DNA of 42,540 nt from a virus (lineage: Duplodnaviria > Caudoviricetes). Position numbers and translations under genes: made by a program. Positions 26,455 to 36,950 of this stretch are shown here, piece after piece (within the stretch, counting starts at the first letter, position 1; the number at the start of each line of letters is the position of its first letter). The notes under the pieces were generated by a model that worked only from the letters and a program-made list of their open reading frames with translations, made no database searches and was not told the DNA's origin. The DNA is taken from positions 1 through 42,540 of the IMG/VR virus record IMGVR_UViG_3300031576_000125; one strand, written 5' to 3'.

Positions 26455-28706
26455 CCTCCTGAACCTACTGTACCAGAAGCTCCCCCAGTAACTTCACCAT
26501 CAAAAAAATTAGGCAAAGTTCTAACTAAACCTACAGGAAAAGGAGGATACTCCATTTCTCCTAGTAAAGCTTGAGTAGTTAAAGAAGATTTAATTTTATC
26601 AATCCCGATTCCTCCTGCCGCAGCCCCCATTAATGCTTTTAAAGTACATAAAATCCATCCATCATAAGTTGGTGTCACTGAGGATGAAGTTTGCAAATCC
26701 CACGAGGTGGAGAGCGTAAGACTACTATTAACGATAGGCGTAATACCGGCCCCTTCTGCACTAAAAGTTAAAGTTGGAGTACTCGCAGTCCGACGAGTGT
26801 AAAACTGAATGGTCATTGCTGTAGATGCCTTAGCTCGAATTAAAAATTTGTAGATTAATTTAATAGTCGTAGAAGCTGGTTTCATAACTAAAGAAATTCC
26901 CGAACCCCCATAAGCCCAACCAGCAACTTGTCCTTCAGTTATGTGATCCATGATATTTCCCGCACTTCCAGAAACTGATACATTAAATTCTGAATTGTGA
27001 AATACTGACCAAAATCTTCCCGCGACACCGTTATGTTTAGTTGAAACAGCCCAAGGATCCGAATAACTAGAAGTAAACCTTAATTTAGTAGTATCAAAAG
27101 TAGTATTAGATAAATTTAAATAAACTAAATTAGTTCCATTAAAATCTAGATCCCAGCCAGAGACATTTCGATTAGTACCTAATACAGAATTAACTAGCGT
27201 AATTCCAGAGCCGCTACCTCCCCCTCCGGATATATGGGTTCCGCAATAGTCTATATCCAGATCATCGAATATTACAAATTCGCCTACACTCTGTGAAGTA
27301 AGAGATACACCATAGGCAACACTAGTACTAATATCTACACCTCTAATAGTTATATCTTTAAATGCTGCTTCTCCATGAGAACTCAAATAAATTCCTATAT
27401 TACGGCCACCAATAATAGAAATTGTTTCATAAACACCTTTAGTTGCACCAGTACTTAGAAGAAAGATAGCTGCACCGGTAGCTTGAGATATACTACTTGC
27501 TACAATTTTTGTATTAGTCAGTTTAAAATTACCTTGGACTACGCCGATAGCTTGGTAAGAGCAATTTATATGATGACATTTATCAATCCCGATATCATTA
27601 GACGAAGTAGAGGCAGGCAACCCGTGCCCCCTGTAGCCCCTTACTAAACCAAGTTTTTCAAATTTAATATAATCTTTATTATTTAAATCAATTAAATATC
27701 CAGCCCCTGTTAATGCATCAATAAATGTGTAATCAGCAGCATTTTGTACTGTACCGCTTGTAGACCAGCCTCCAGAATAAGTTATAAGATTTCCTAATGT
27801 GCCCGATTCTTGAATAGGTTGAATAACTGTTGTGGTCGCTGAAACGGGGTCTAATTGAATAGGTTTGATTACATAAGTATCTCGTGATCCAGTAGAAGCC
27901 CCATAATATCTGCCCCAATTATCCAGGGAAGAAGGAATTTCTGCATTCATACCAGCACCAAGTTTTACAGCAGTTCCAGAAATTGATCTAACACAAAAAT
28001 AGTCTGAGTCATCCGGGCTAATTATCTTATTTAAATTTAATCCTGCATCAGAACATGCTTCAATATTATCTAGATATACAGTTGTACTAATATCTATATC
28101 TACATATAGAGCTACCGATTGAATAGCAGTCCCCAAACTACCGCCACCAGAGCGAGTAATAGTGAGTGGCACCCAGTAAAGAGCAGGTCCAGTAGGTATT
28201 GCAATTGGGAATGTATCTACTGCAGTATCTCCAATCGTATCACTGCATAATTTTAGGCTAAATGTATTTATTGCTACACCAGCATTAGTACACCGAAACC
28301 AAAAAGTAAGCGCATCATATGCAGAAAAATTAGTAGAGCCTATTGTAAAGTATGCTGCCTTTCCAGTAGTAAAACCAGCGGCAATTACAAATGATCTACA
28401 TCCAGCCCCCTCTTGATAGCTAGTAGTATACGCAGCTTCCGTTACATCTGTGGAAGCTACCCAAGCTGATTCACAATTTGTCACTGTAGCTGTAAGAGCC
28501 GAAGCTAATGTTACTGCAGCACTATTATTAGTCCAAGTTGCTTGGGCTGATAAAGTAGATTTAGGGGTTCTATCGATTCTAATCGTATCACCAGGAGCTG
28601 TTCGTGCAGCTGTAGCCCCGGAATTGAAAGTTTTAAATCTATTAGCATAGGTAGTGCCATCATTAGCATCATTACCGTCTGTCATATTCATATAAAGAGT
28701 TGCCAT
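26445..28706 (-). CDS. tailspike/receptor-binding protein with predicted beta-helix
   Basis: Y....GNDANDG......FKT...PGDTI cap typical of right-handed beta-helix proteins; Ser/Thr/Gly-rich repeats. Confidence 0.7.
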   Translation of the reverse strand: MATLYMNMTDGNDANDGTTYANRFKTFNSGATAARTAPGDTIRIDRTPKSTLSAQATWTNNSAAVTLASALTATVTNCESAWVASTDVTEAAYTTSYQEGAGCRSFVIAAGFTTGKAAYFTIGSTNFSAYDALTFWFRCTNAGVAINTFSLKLCSDTIGDTAVDTFPIAIPTGPALYWVPLTITRSGGGSLGTAIQSVALYVDIDISTTVYLDNIEACSDAGLNLNKIISPDDSDYFCVRSISGTAVKLGAGMNAEIPSSLDNWGRYYGASTGSRDTYVIKPIQLDPVSATTTVIQPIQESGTLGNLITYSGGWSTSGTVQNAADYTFIDALTGAGYLIDLNNKDYIKFEKLGLVRGYRGHGLPASTSSNDIGIDKCHHINCSYQAIGVVQGNFKLTNTKIVASSISQATGAAIFLLSTGATKGVYETISIIGGRNIGIYLSSHGEAAFKDITIRGVDISTSVAYGVSLTSQSVGEFVIFDDLDIDYCGTHISGGGGSGSGITLVNSVLGTNRNVSGWDLDFNGTNLVYLNLSNTTFDTTKLRFTSSYSDPWAVSTKHNGVAGRFWSVFHNSEFNVSVSGSAGNIMDHITEGQVAGWAYGGSGISLVMKPASTTIKLIYKFLIRAKASTAMTIQFYTRRTASTPTLTFSAEGAGITPIVNSSLTLSTSWDLQTSSSVTPTYDGWILCTLKALMGAAAGGIGIDKIKSSLTTQALLGEMEYPPFPVGLVRTLPNFFDGEVTGGASGTVGSGGCF

Positions 28707-28804
28707 TATTCAATACCTGCATTAGATTTTAAAATTAAATACTGGGTCCTAAAAGTTTTCTTTTTTAAAATATATAGAATAAAACTTTTAATTACCATAT
28801 ACTT

Positions 28805-30175
28805 CTAACTCGTTTTATCCGTACTTAAAATAACTGTAAGTTTAGTAACTGTTGTAGCTGAATCTACGTTAAATACAAAAGTATCCCCAGCTGTAACAGC
28901 CGTAGTCCATCCCGTTAAGGTAGCATCCTCTGCTTTAATAGCAGAAGATAAAGTAGGTTTAGCAGCTGCTGTAATGGTATCAGCCACTGTCGGAGGATAG
29001 TTAGCATAAGTGTCTTTCCAAATATCTATTACACAAGAGCCAGTTAGATCCGCTAATACAGTAGCTTTTGTAATGGTGGCAGCATAATCACATCGTATAT
29101 AAAGTTTACTATTAGCTACTACTACCGCGCCATTTCCGTCAAATACCGCCACAATCTGACCTTTTCTTGCAGCTAATTTACTAATTGCAATAGCTGCAGC
29201 CGCTTTAATATCAGCATTTTCAATATTTGTGATTGTGTTTAAGTCAGCATCTACTGTTTTATTAGTAAGCGTATCCGTAGTCGCACGTGCTACCAAAGTA
29301 TCAGTTGCTGTTGGAAGAGTGACTGTTCCAGTATTTACTATAGTAGCTATAATGGGGGCAGTTAAAGTTTTGTTCGTTAAAGTATCTGTTGAGGAAATAG
29401 TTGGTACTGTAACCCCTGCCGCCTGAACTCTGCTCGTTCCTTTTGGAATAAGATTTAACGCAATATTAGTATCATCTCCTGTTGCACTTAGCGCAGGAGC
29501 CCCAGTAGTTGCAGCATTAGTAACTGTAAGTTCATTTACAGCTGATGCAGTTTCTACAAACTTTAAAAGTTCTAAAGTTCCGTCTCCTAAAGCAAAAGTA
29601 TTAACATCAAGTTGACCACCCAATTGTGGAGTTAAGTCTTCTACGATGTTATTTAATCCAGTCCCTCCAGCCCCCCAACTAAGAACTCCAGCACCATCAG
29701 TAGTTAAAACTTGATTAACTAAACCATCATCAGGTGGAAGAGTTAAAGCATAATCTGCTGCAAGAATCGCAGGGGCTTTGATTTCAACAGAATTAGTTCC
29801 GTTATCAGTATCTTCATAAATCTTTATTCGACCTGCATTCGTAGCATTACCCTTAATTGATAAAAGATTAGCAAATTCCCCAGTACCCGAAGTAACTAAG
29901 TTAGAGGAGGCAGCTGTCCAGTTAATATGCTGGTTAGCTACATAGTTTAAAAGAGCATTATGGTCTATAGCTGAAGGGGCTACATCAATATCCAGCTCAT
30001 TATTAGCAACATCATCAGTAACAGTAACTTTAGAGGATCCAGCATTAATTTTTTTAAGTTCTAGATCAACGCCAGTCTTTTGTTTAAAGACCCCAACACC
30101 AGCTATACCTATATTAGAAGCGGTATTAGCTTCTCCGCCGCCTCCGCCGCCGATTAGATTTGAAAATGGTGCCAT
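28805..30175 (-). CDS. tail fibre protein
   Basis: QVLTTDGAGVLSW, DLTPQLGGQLDVN and repeated TDTLTNKT motifs. Confidence 0.8.
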   Translation of the reverse strand: MAPFSNLIGGGGGGEANTASNIGIAGVGVFKQKTGVDLELKKINAGSSKVTVTDDVANNELDIDVAPSAIDHNALLNYVANQHINWTAASSNLVTSGTGEFANLLSIKGNATNAGRIKIYEDTDNGTNSVEIKAPAILAADYALTLPPDDGLVNQVLTTDGAGVLSWGAGGTGLNNIVEDLTPQLGGQLDVNTFALGDGTLELLKFVETASAVNELTVTNAATTGAPALSATGDDTNIALNLIPKGTSRVQAAGVTVPTISSTDTLTNKTLTAPIIATIVNTGTVTLPTATDTLVARATTDTLTNKTVDADLNTITNIENADIKAAAAIAISKLAARKGQIVAVFDGNGAVVVANSKLYIRCDYAATITKATVLADLTGSCVIDIWKDTYANYPPTVADTITAAAKPTLSSAIKAEDATLTGWTTAVTAGDTFVFNVDSATTVTKLTVILSTDKTS

Positions 30176-30195
30176 TATTTAATACCTAAACCTAT

Positions 30196-30432
30196 TTAAA
30201 TAACTAAAGTACCTTTCCAAGCTGTGCCATCATAAATCCAAAGCTTTCCTAGGTCCTTCTCTAAAAAAATAGAACCCGCTGCAGGAGTTCCACTAGGAGC
30301 GTTAGTAGCATGCATAGGAATAGCTAAACCGGCACCAGTTCCATCACCTACAACAACTAAAACTGCTGCTGATGCTGTTGTGCCCCCCAATGTTGTAGAG
30401 AGATCAATAACTATATCTGAAAAAGGACACAT
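30196..30432 (-). CDS. small tail-fibre-like structural protein
   Basis: P.GTP.AGSIF......LWIYDGTAW motif. Confidence 0.6.
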   Translation of the reverse strand: MCPFSDIVIDLSTTLGGTTASAAVLVVVGDGTGAGLAIPMHATNAPSGTPAAGSIFLEKDLGKLWIYDGTAWKGTLVI

Positions 30433-30441
30433 AATTTTTCC

Positions 30442-30816
30442 CTATTTCCGATCTTTGGTTAAAAGAACTTCAAAAGCTACAGCATTAGTAGCCGCAGTCC
30501 TGGCAAACCTAACTCTAAGAAATCTTGCATGGATCCTGGTAGCTCCGGAATCATACCATTTAGACGAAGCTAGCGCTGCCACAGCAAATAGATCGTTGGT
30601 AATATCTATATAATTAGTTCCATCTATACTAGCAAAAATTGTAACCGTCATAGATGTTAGTGTCCCAGTACGAATTGAAAATCCTGTGTAAGGACTAAAT
30701 TTAAAGTCTGCGTCATTATTCCCAGCAGCAATATCTACCCCACTTGCCACCGTTACATAACCTATACCAGACTCTTCCGGAGCTGGGATTCTTCTTGTTA
30801 TTGTTGCTTCAGCCAT
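30442..30816 (-). CDS. virion structural protein
   Basis: AGGAG RBS; ASIDGTNY...RFLRVRF jelly-roll-like motif. Confidence 0.65.
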   Translation of the reverse strand: MAEATITRRIPAPEESGIGYVTVASGVDIAAGNNDADFKFSPYTGFSIRTGTLTSMTVTIFASIDGTNYIDITNDLFAVAALASSKWYDSGATRIHARFLRVRFARTAATNAVAFEVLLTKDRK

Positions 30817-30830
30817 TTTCTATTCTCCTG

Positions 30831-31109
30831 CTACTTAACTTCCGCCACTCCGGGCTTTTCAAATATTCTTTTATGTATTTTAACTGTTTCAGATTCTAAA
30901 TCTTGATCTAGCGCTTTACTAGTTAATAAAGATTTATCTAATTCATACTGAACTATTTGTGCTTGTAAAAAGATTTTAAAATCAGATATTTCTACAGGAT
31001 CGCCTATACCAAAAGCATATTGGATTTGCTTATGAATAGGATATTTATCTACAACAAAATTATAGTATTGGTCTTTTAACTGCTTCAAGTATCGATCTTT
31101 AACACCCAT
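30831..31109 (-). CDS. possible tail fibre assembly chaperone
   Basis: KYPIHKQ motif; directly after a fibre gene. Confidence 0.5.
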   Translation of the reverse strand: MGVKDRYLKQLKDQYYNFVVDKYPIHKQIQYAFGIGDPVEISDFKIFLQAQIVQYELDKSLLTSKALDQDLESETVKIHKRIFEKPGVAEVK

Positions 31110-31122
31110 ATAAACTTCCTAC

Positions 31123-32499
31123 CTATTCTGCCACATAATTAGCTTGCCCATCAAATAAATACGCATTCGTTGCTGTCCAGGCGGTATCTGTCATAGTTCC
31201 TGGGTAAAGTCCAATAGTACTGGATGAATCTAATGCTATTGTTCCAGCCGTAGTTTTATTAACAGTATTATCCATGACTCTTCCTAAAACACCTATAGCG
31301 TCAGAATATTGATCTAAAAAGTTTAATCCTAATATGGGAGCTGCGAAAGTCTTGGTTGTTGCATTTGAGTATTGTCCCACTCCAACACTTTCGACGTGAG
31401 TAAAAAAATAAACCATAGGACCATACATAGTCCATTTAAAATATTTTGTACTTGGCTGCCCAACAACCCCCGTTATTGTAATAGGAGTAGACCTAAAAAT
31501 ACCATCACTAGCACCGTTACCCCGGTCGTCGTTACCAGTTTGAACTGACCAAAGATTTTCTGCGGCCCCCCCGGTATCATCAAAGTTAACTTTAGTCCAA
31601 AAAGCGGGGATAGCATAACTGTCAGCCCCTACAGCAGTATTAGTTAAAATTCTAGTTGAGTCAGTAGCACTAGTTTGTGTTGTACTACACTTAGCTGAAG
31701 CAACTAATGTAACAGCAGATCCAGATTTAGAAGTTACCCCCCATCTTAAAACTGCATTATCATTAATAGCAATAATATCTAAAATCATATCTGTTAAATC
31801 GCCTTTAGTATCCCAACCCCAATGAGCCCCAGTTAATTTAATAGTTACATCAGCAGTAATTTTTAGAACATTGAATTGACCCAGAGTTAACGAAGGCATT
31901 ACAACATAGCCTACATTAGTTGAGCTCAGCGCGGCTCCAGTATAATATTTAATTGCAACAGAATCATTTGCATCCGTAGTTGTAGCATTAAAAATACCTA
32001 AACCATAAATGCCGGGTCTTAAAGGTGCTCCTACGAAATCGCCCGTTGATTTTATTTCAAATTGCCCTGAAGAAAGTATAGCCCCTGTGGATTGGACTTC
32101 GAATTTTGAAACTGCTGATCCATCTACGCATTTTATCATAGAACCAGAACCAGCATTTTTAATATAAGCTATGGGAATAGTTGTTCCAGCTGAGGTGGCT
32201 TCAGTATATAAAAACGCAGTGCCTAAAGTTTGAGCAGTAGTAGAAGAAAGACTTAAAATAGATTTAGTAGCAGCTAAAGCTCCAGAATTTGAAACTGTAA
32301 TTGAACCTGCGTCCCCGCTGTTGGTAACATTGTACGCTAAAACATTAGTAGTAATGGTGCTTGTTAAAGTAGTTGTAAAAGAACTCCCCGTCTCTAAACT
32401 ATTAGCCCAAGCAATAATTTCACTAAAGGTAGTATCCCAAACAGTTTCAGTAAGAACTGCCCCTCCTGCAATATTTCCGTAGGTTAGTGTTAATGCCAT
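31123..32499 (-). CDS. tail fibre protein (proximal)
   Basis: N-terminal anchor-like helix; Thr/Ser/Gly-rich; follows the nozzle gene. Confidence 0.7.
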   Translation of the reverse strand: MALTLTYGNIAGGAVLTETVWDTTFSEIIAWANSLETGSSFTTTLTSTITTNVLAYNVTNSGDAGSITVSNSGALAATKSILSLSSTTAQTLGTAFLYTEATSAGTTIPIAYIKNAGSGSMIKCVDGSAVSKFEVQSTGAILSSGQFEIKSTGDFVGAPLRPGIYGLGIFNATTTDANDSVAIKYYTGAALSSTNVGYVVMPSLTLGQFNVLKITADVTIKLTGAHWGWDTKGDLTDMILDIIAINDNAVLRWGVTSKSGSAVTLVASAKCSTTQTSATDSTRILTNTAVGADSYAIPAFWTKVNFDDTGGAAENLWSVQTGNDDRGNGASDGIFRSTPITITGVVGQPSTKYFKWTMYGPMVYFFTHVESVGVGQYSNATTKTFAAPILGLNFLDQYSDAIGVLGRVMDNTVNKTTAGTIALDSSSTIGLYPGTMTDTAWTATNAYLFDGQANYVAE

Positions 32500-32515
32500 A
32501 AATTACCTTTATATA

Positions 32516-32818
32516 TTAATATATCAATAAAATTTTGTATACAAGTCCAGCGGGAGTATTCTTAACTGTAAGACTGTCTCTGCCTATATAATCAGCTTCA
32601 AATTTAATTGTTCCATGTCCCGATAAAACAATTGGAATAATTTTAAGAGGATCTACATCAGAAATCCCTGTTTTTAATACCTGCGTAGCTCCATCCCCAG
32701 TAGCCTCTAATAATTTATACCTAAAATTATTTAAACTTAGCTGATTAAAGGCTTCTTCTACCGCGGATAAAGCCACATTCACTTCTAAATTTGATGTTTT
32801 TGGTAAAATAACCTGCAT
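32516..32818 (-). CDS. tail structural protein
   Basis: Position after the nozzle gene. Confidence 0.55.
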   Translation of the reverse strand: MQVILPKTSNLEVNVALSAVEEAFNQLSLNNFRYKLLEATGDGATQVLKTGISDVDPLKIIPIVLSGHGTIKFEADYIGRDSLTVKNTPAGLVYKILLIY

Positions 32819-32822
32819 AATA

Positions 32823-34775
32823 CTATCTAAACCTTTTAGTTCCTGCAGATAAAGACCAATTAAACAAATCTACAGGCTGATCCGCATTAGTATTACTAAA
32901 AGTAAGTTGTCCATAAATAGCTTTATTGTGCATATTAGTAGTATAAAATATAGCGGAAGAAGTGGGAAAAACATAGGTTCCTATAATAATAAAACTAGAT
33001 CCAAATGTTTCACCATTTTGATCTAAATCCATAGTAGCTAAAGAATTTTCAATTTGACTTAAATCATAAATTATACCTAAGGATAAATCATAATCCCCAG
33101 CATTTCCTCTTGCGTACACAGTGGCTGTTTTTAAAAGCTTTTTAAAAAACGGGTTATTAAAACTTCTAGGCCTATCTATTATTTTAAAATAGATCCCACT
33201 GGAATTATCGATATCACCTACATCTGCTTTATACAATTCTGTAACGCCTCCAAAATACAAGTCCATTAAAGAAGTAGAGCTATTTTCAACTAATACGTAG
33301 CTCCTAACATCCATTCCTGGATGAGTAGTGGTATTTATACCTTCAGTATCCATTGTCCACCTGACCCCAAAATCAGGACTTCCTGGGTTTAATAAAGAAT
33401 AATCACCTTTTAAGATAAATGTTACTTTGGATATCGCATTAGATCCCATGCAAGAAAACATAACTTGTTTTCGTTGATCGTAAGTTATAGCGGAAACTTT
33501 AGCACTATTCGTGGCACTAAAGCCTAAGTTTTTAATTGTAGGTTTAATAGAATTTGCACAAGATGTTAATCTACTTCCATCTGTTAAATACACATTAGTT
33601 TTTCCTAAAATAAAAGCAAATTCATTGGCAGAAGCAGCCGCAAAATGCCCTATTAAATCTAAATTAGTAGCAATTTCTCTATAAATAAATCTAGAACTAT
33701 CTTCAGCAGAATCTATTATAGGTCCAGCAACCTGATCTAAAACTCCTAAAGATCGTTCTTTTATAACAATAACCCTATTTTGAGCCGTCGTAAGGCCTAT
33801 AATAGTATCGCCGGTCCCAGTACTGCCAATTGTTTCCACAAGCGCAGACGTAGCAAAAGATTCTGGCATCGAAAAACCTTCTGTATTTATTCTTGAAAAT
33901 CTTATTTCATTTGAATCTGTGGAAAGGAATAACCTGTTAGAAACTGTAGCAGCATATCTAGGAGTACCTAAATCAGTAATTCTATTATTCTCAAAAGATA
34001 TCTGAACGCCAAGTCCAGCATCAACTTGAGTTGATGTTATTGTAGTAGCCGTAATTGAAGCGGTATTATCTAAAAATAAAACATTTCCCCCATTTACTGA
34101 TCTGTACAATCTAATAGTATCCGCAGTAGTTGCAGAACCTGCAACAACTGTCCAAGTAATCCCATCATTAGGATCCGCAGAAACAGTCACAGAGGTACTA
34201 ACTGGGCTAGGAGAACTTTCTGCGCCTGTTATTGAATTATAGTAAGTATACGCAGCCACATATTTAGCCCCAGACGTTAAACTACCATTAACATTACTCA
34301 CCCCTGTTGGAGCTGTAGATGGAAGAGTTATTCCCATTTGCCTAGTAGCAGTACCATTATAAAGCTGTATCTGGCTATTAGTACCGTTAAATGCAAATAA
34401 GAGACCATTTACTTGAACTAAGGAAGGTCTAACAGTCCCACTTAAGCTTGTAGCAATATTCGTCATCCCTGTAGTCAAGGCTTTAGCTAAAACTCCACCA
34501 CTTCCAGTTCCATCAGTGCCAAATAAAACAATTTGACTAGAAGTACTGTTAATTACATACTCAATCCCAGCAGTAATAGTTTTTCCAGCCCATGTAACAC
34601 CACTGTTAAAATACCTAGCGTATCCTTTACGCTTTTGTATTCCTCCTGTAGTAGTTAAATTAGCATTATAAGCAATTGTTAAATATCCTTCAGGGAGTGT
34701 GGTAGGGTCATCAGACGTATTCATCCCTAAAAAAAGGGGGGCTGATTTTTCGACAATTAAGTTTCGAGTAGTCAT
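32823..34775 (-). CDS. tail nozzle/stabilisation protein (P22 gp10 / T7 gp12 analogue)
   Basis: GMNT...P..LP......AYN......GGIQKRKG N-terminus; beta-propeller-like 650 aa. Confidence 0.75.
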   Translation of the reverse strand: MTTRNLIVEKSAPLFLGMNTSDDPTTLPEGYLTIAYNANLTTTGGIQKRKGYARYFNSGVTWAGKTITAGIEYVINSTSSQIVLFGTDGTGSGGVLAKALTTGMTNIATSLSGTVRPSLVQVNGLLFAFNGTNSQIQLYNGTATRQMGITLPSTAPTGVSNVNGSLTSGAKYVAAYTYYNSITGAESSPSPVSTSVTVSADPNDGITWTVVAGSATTADTIRLYRSVNGGNVLFLDNTASITATTITSTQVDAGLGVQISFENNRITDLGTPRYAATVSNRLFLSTDSNEIRFSRINTEGFSMPESFATSALVETIGSTGTGDTIIGLTTAQNRVIVIKERSLGVLDQVAGPIIDSAEDSSRFIYREIATNLDLIGHFAAASANEFAFILGKTNVYLTDGSRLTSCANSIKPTIKNLGFSATNSAKVSAITYDQRKQVMFSCMGSNAISKVTFILKGDYSLLNPGSPDFGVRWTMDTEGINTTTHPGMDVRSYVLVENSSTSLMDLYFGGVTELYKADVGDIDNSSGIYFKIIDRPRSFNNPFFKKLLKTATVYARGNAGDYDLSLGIIYDLSQIENSLATMDLDQNGETFGSSFIIIGTYVFPTSSAIFYTTNMHNKAIYGQLTFSNTNADQPVDLFNWSLSAGTKRFR

Positions 34776-35512
34776 TAACTCTTATTCCACAAAGCCCTGT
34801 TAATATCTTCAATAGTTAGAATTTTTCCAAAAACTTCATCTGGCTGTCTAAAAGAGTAGTTTTCCTCTGCTTCTGCAGAGTCACTTTGAATATCTTTTTT
34901 AATCATTTCCGCGGCAGTAGACATAATAATAGGATATCTGTCATCATCCTCATGTTGTAATGCAAGAGCAGTTACATACATTATAAAACCTTCTTGATAC
35001 TCATAAGGAATAGTAGGGTAACTAGCCATAGTTGATGTTCCAGCATTAAAAACGTTTGGTAATATTTTTCCATCAATTTTTAGAGTATTATTAGCAAAAC
35101 TTGGAACATATAATTTAATTTTATTGCGCTGAATAGGAGCCCAATGCATAGGATAGTTAGTTGAAGATCCATCATTTAATTCAGGGTCTATTTCTCTAAT
35201 ATCAGCTAATTTAATTCTTGTTAAAACTATTTTATTAGTTGGATCATAAATCCTATGAACATCTTTAGCCAGCATTTCAAAACCAATAGCCGCCGTATTT
35301 AAAGTATACTCATGCGTTCCTGCTGTCACTGCTAAGGAAAGCGCAGTTTTTTCTAGAAATGTCCAATCATTCATTTTACAAAACCGCATTTCAGCCATAG
35401 CTAATGTATTTTCTAGATAAGTTTGTAGAGCTGAATTAGTACTGCCAATAAATTGTAATATTCGGCTTACAATTTCAGACCCGGAAAATCCGGATGTAGC
35501 ATGTGGCGACAT
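34775..35512 (-). CDS. head-tail adaptor (tail tubular protein A-like)
   Basis: DWTFL, AGTHEYTL, PTIPYEY motifs; position. Confidence 0.75.
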   Translation of the reverse strand: MSPHATSGFSGSEIVSRILQFIGSTNSALQTYLENTLAMAEMRFCKMNDWTFLEKTALSLAVTAGTHEYTLNTAAIGFEMLAKDVHRIYDPTNKIVLTRIKLADIREIDPELNDGSSTNYPMHWAPIQRNKIKLYVPSFANNTLKIDGKILPNVFNAGTSTMASYPTIPYEYQEGFIMYVTALALQHEDDDRYPIIMSTAAEMIKKDIQSDSAEAEENYSFRQPDEVFGKILTIEDINRALWNKS

Positions 35513-35928
35513 CTAAACCTTTTGCCCAATTGGGTATTTATTCTTTGATCCAAAGTCATATAATGCCAATCAGCATTAGGATCATAATTAAACATTTTTT
35601 GTGCAACCTTAGCTGTTATATAGTGCTTTTTTACTAGATAGTGTACTATATCTTGTACTCCTCGGGACATTCTTTGTTTTTTTACTGCGTCATAAATGGA
35701 ATATTCAGGAATGTAACCCCCATTAATAGGAATAATAGCTTCAACTTCTTTACCTGCATTAAAATCATTAACTGCTTGAGCTATTTTATAGTTTAATCCA
35801 ACAGTAGAAACTCTATCCCATTTAGCAGGCTTATTTAAGCAAAGGCCCCAAAATCCTGCATATGGACTTGCCATACAAAAGTTCTTATTACTCTTTCTAA
35901 GCCTAGATATAAAGTCTATTGAATACAT
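35467..35928 (-). CDS. hypothetical protein
   Basis: ORF between the capsid and adaptor genes. Confidence 0.65.
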   Translation of the reverse strand: MYSIDFISRLRKSNKNFCMASPYAGFWGLCLNKPAKWDRVSTVGLNYKIAQAVNDFNAGKEVEAIIPINGGYIPEYSIYDAVKKQRMSRGVQDIVHYLVKKHYITAKVAQKMFNYDPNADWHYMTLDQRINTQLGKRFRCRHMLHPDFPGLKL

Positions 35929-35943
35929 ATAATAAATTCTAGT

Positions 35944-35973
35944 GGAGACAGGAGCCGATAAGCCCCCGTCCCC
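35944..35973 (-). terminator. GC-rich hairpin after the major capsid gene
   Basis: GGGGACGGGGGCT-TATC-GGCTCCTGTCTCC on the mRNA (13 bp with GU pairs); weak U tract. Confidence 0.6.
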
Positions 35974-35985
35974 TTGATGTTATCC

Positions 35986-36936
35986 TTAATATTGAGATCC
36001 TGCTCGAATTCTAACACCCAAATTGGGGTTAGCTCCAACAGCACCTAAATACTTAGCAACAAAGCCATGAATCTTCCAGGAAACAAACCCTACTTGACCC
36101 AATGGATCAGATAGTTGTTTTTCTGGAGGTTTAATGGCAATTTCAAAGTTCCTACCATCTAGTGCTACCATAGCAACGGCGTCTTTTCCGACTACAGGCA
36201 TACTATAAACAGTGGCAGAACCTTCAGTTCCAGCAGTTGTACTAGATACAATCGAGGATTCCATAATTCGGCATCCATAGATTTGACCTATTTCATTCTT
36301 CTCGAACTTTTGTGACATACCATATTTAAACACATCATTAAAAGAACCCAAGTTTGTATCATTCATTAAATCCCCGTGTGCAGCAGGGTGAATGACAGCT
36401 TTATATGACATAGAATCAAAAAATGGAACATCATTCTTTTGTAATGTCACATATGCTTTCAAGAATTCTTTGCCCGTCAATACGTCACTTGAACCAACAG
36501 CTGCCAATGAAGCTTCTCCATTAGCAAACTGATTTGGAAGCCCCGTATCTAGAGCATCTCTAATTAATGTATCGATTGTTTTAGCTGCTTGCGCAGAGAG
36601 CCTTTCTCTTGCAGCTTCTAGCGGCGAAGATACCAAAATATCTTCAGCCCAATCACTGATTTTTACCCAAGCACCATATTGAGCAAGGTCTGCCGTCAAA
36701 GAAGTAACTGTTAAGCTACCTTCCGCAGGGGCTACACCTTCTGTTAGCGCAGTAGTGGATGCAGCAAGACGATCATAGGCATAGAATTGAATTCTTTTAC
36801 CTTCTCTTTTTTCAAAAGAGACCTTCATTGCAAGCTTGTCCATTACTAGACTTTGTTCAATGGTTTCAAGGGCCTTTTTTCTAATTACCTCGGTACGTAG
36901 TTTTGCACTAAGACCTGAGGATACTAAAACGGCCAT
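35986..36936 (-). CDS. major capsid protein (N4-gp56-like, HK97 fold)
   Basis: LTEGVAP, LAQYG.W..ISD, IHP....DL, EIGQIYGCR, DPLGQ.G.VSWK; AGGAG RBS. Confidence 0.92.
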   Translation of the reverse strand: MAVLVSSGLSAKLRTEVIRKKALETIEQSLVMDKLAMKVSFEKREGKRIQFYAYDRLAASTTALTEGVAPAEGSLTVTSLTADLAQYGAWVKISDWAEDILVSSPLEAARERLSAQAAKTIDTLIRDALDTGLPNQFANGEASLAAVGSSDVLTGKEFLKAYVTLQKNDVPFFDSMSYKAVIHPAAHGDLMNDTNLGSFNDVFKYGMSQKFEKNEIGQIYGCRIMESSIVSSTTAGTEGSATVYSMPVVGKDAVAMVALDGRNFEIAIKPPEKQLSDPLGQVGFVSWKIHGFVAKYLGAVGANPNLGVRIRAGSQY

Positions 36937-36950
36937 AATATTCTCCTAAA

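Noticed and set aside
35933-35961. Perfect GCCGATAA as a second sigma-28 promoter
   Set aside because: Spacing to the upstream TAAA is 17 rather than 15 nt, it points antisense into the capsid gene and it is explained by the hairpin
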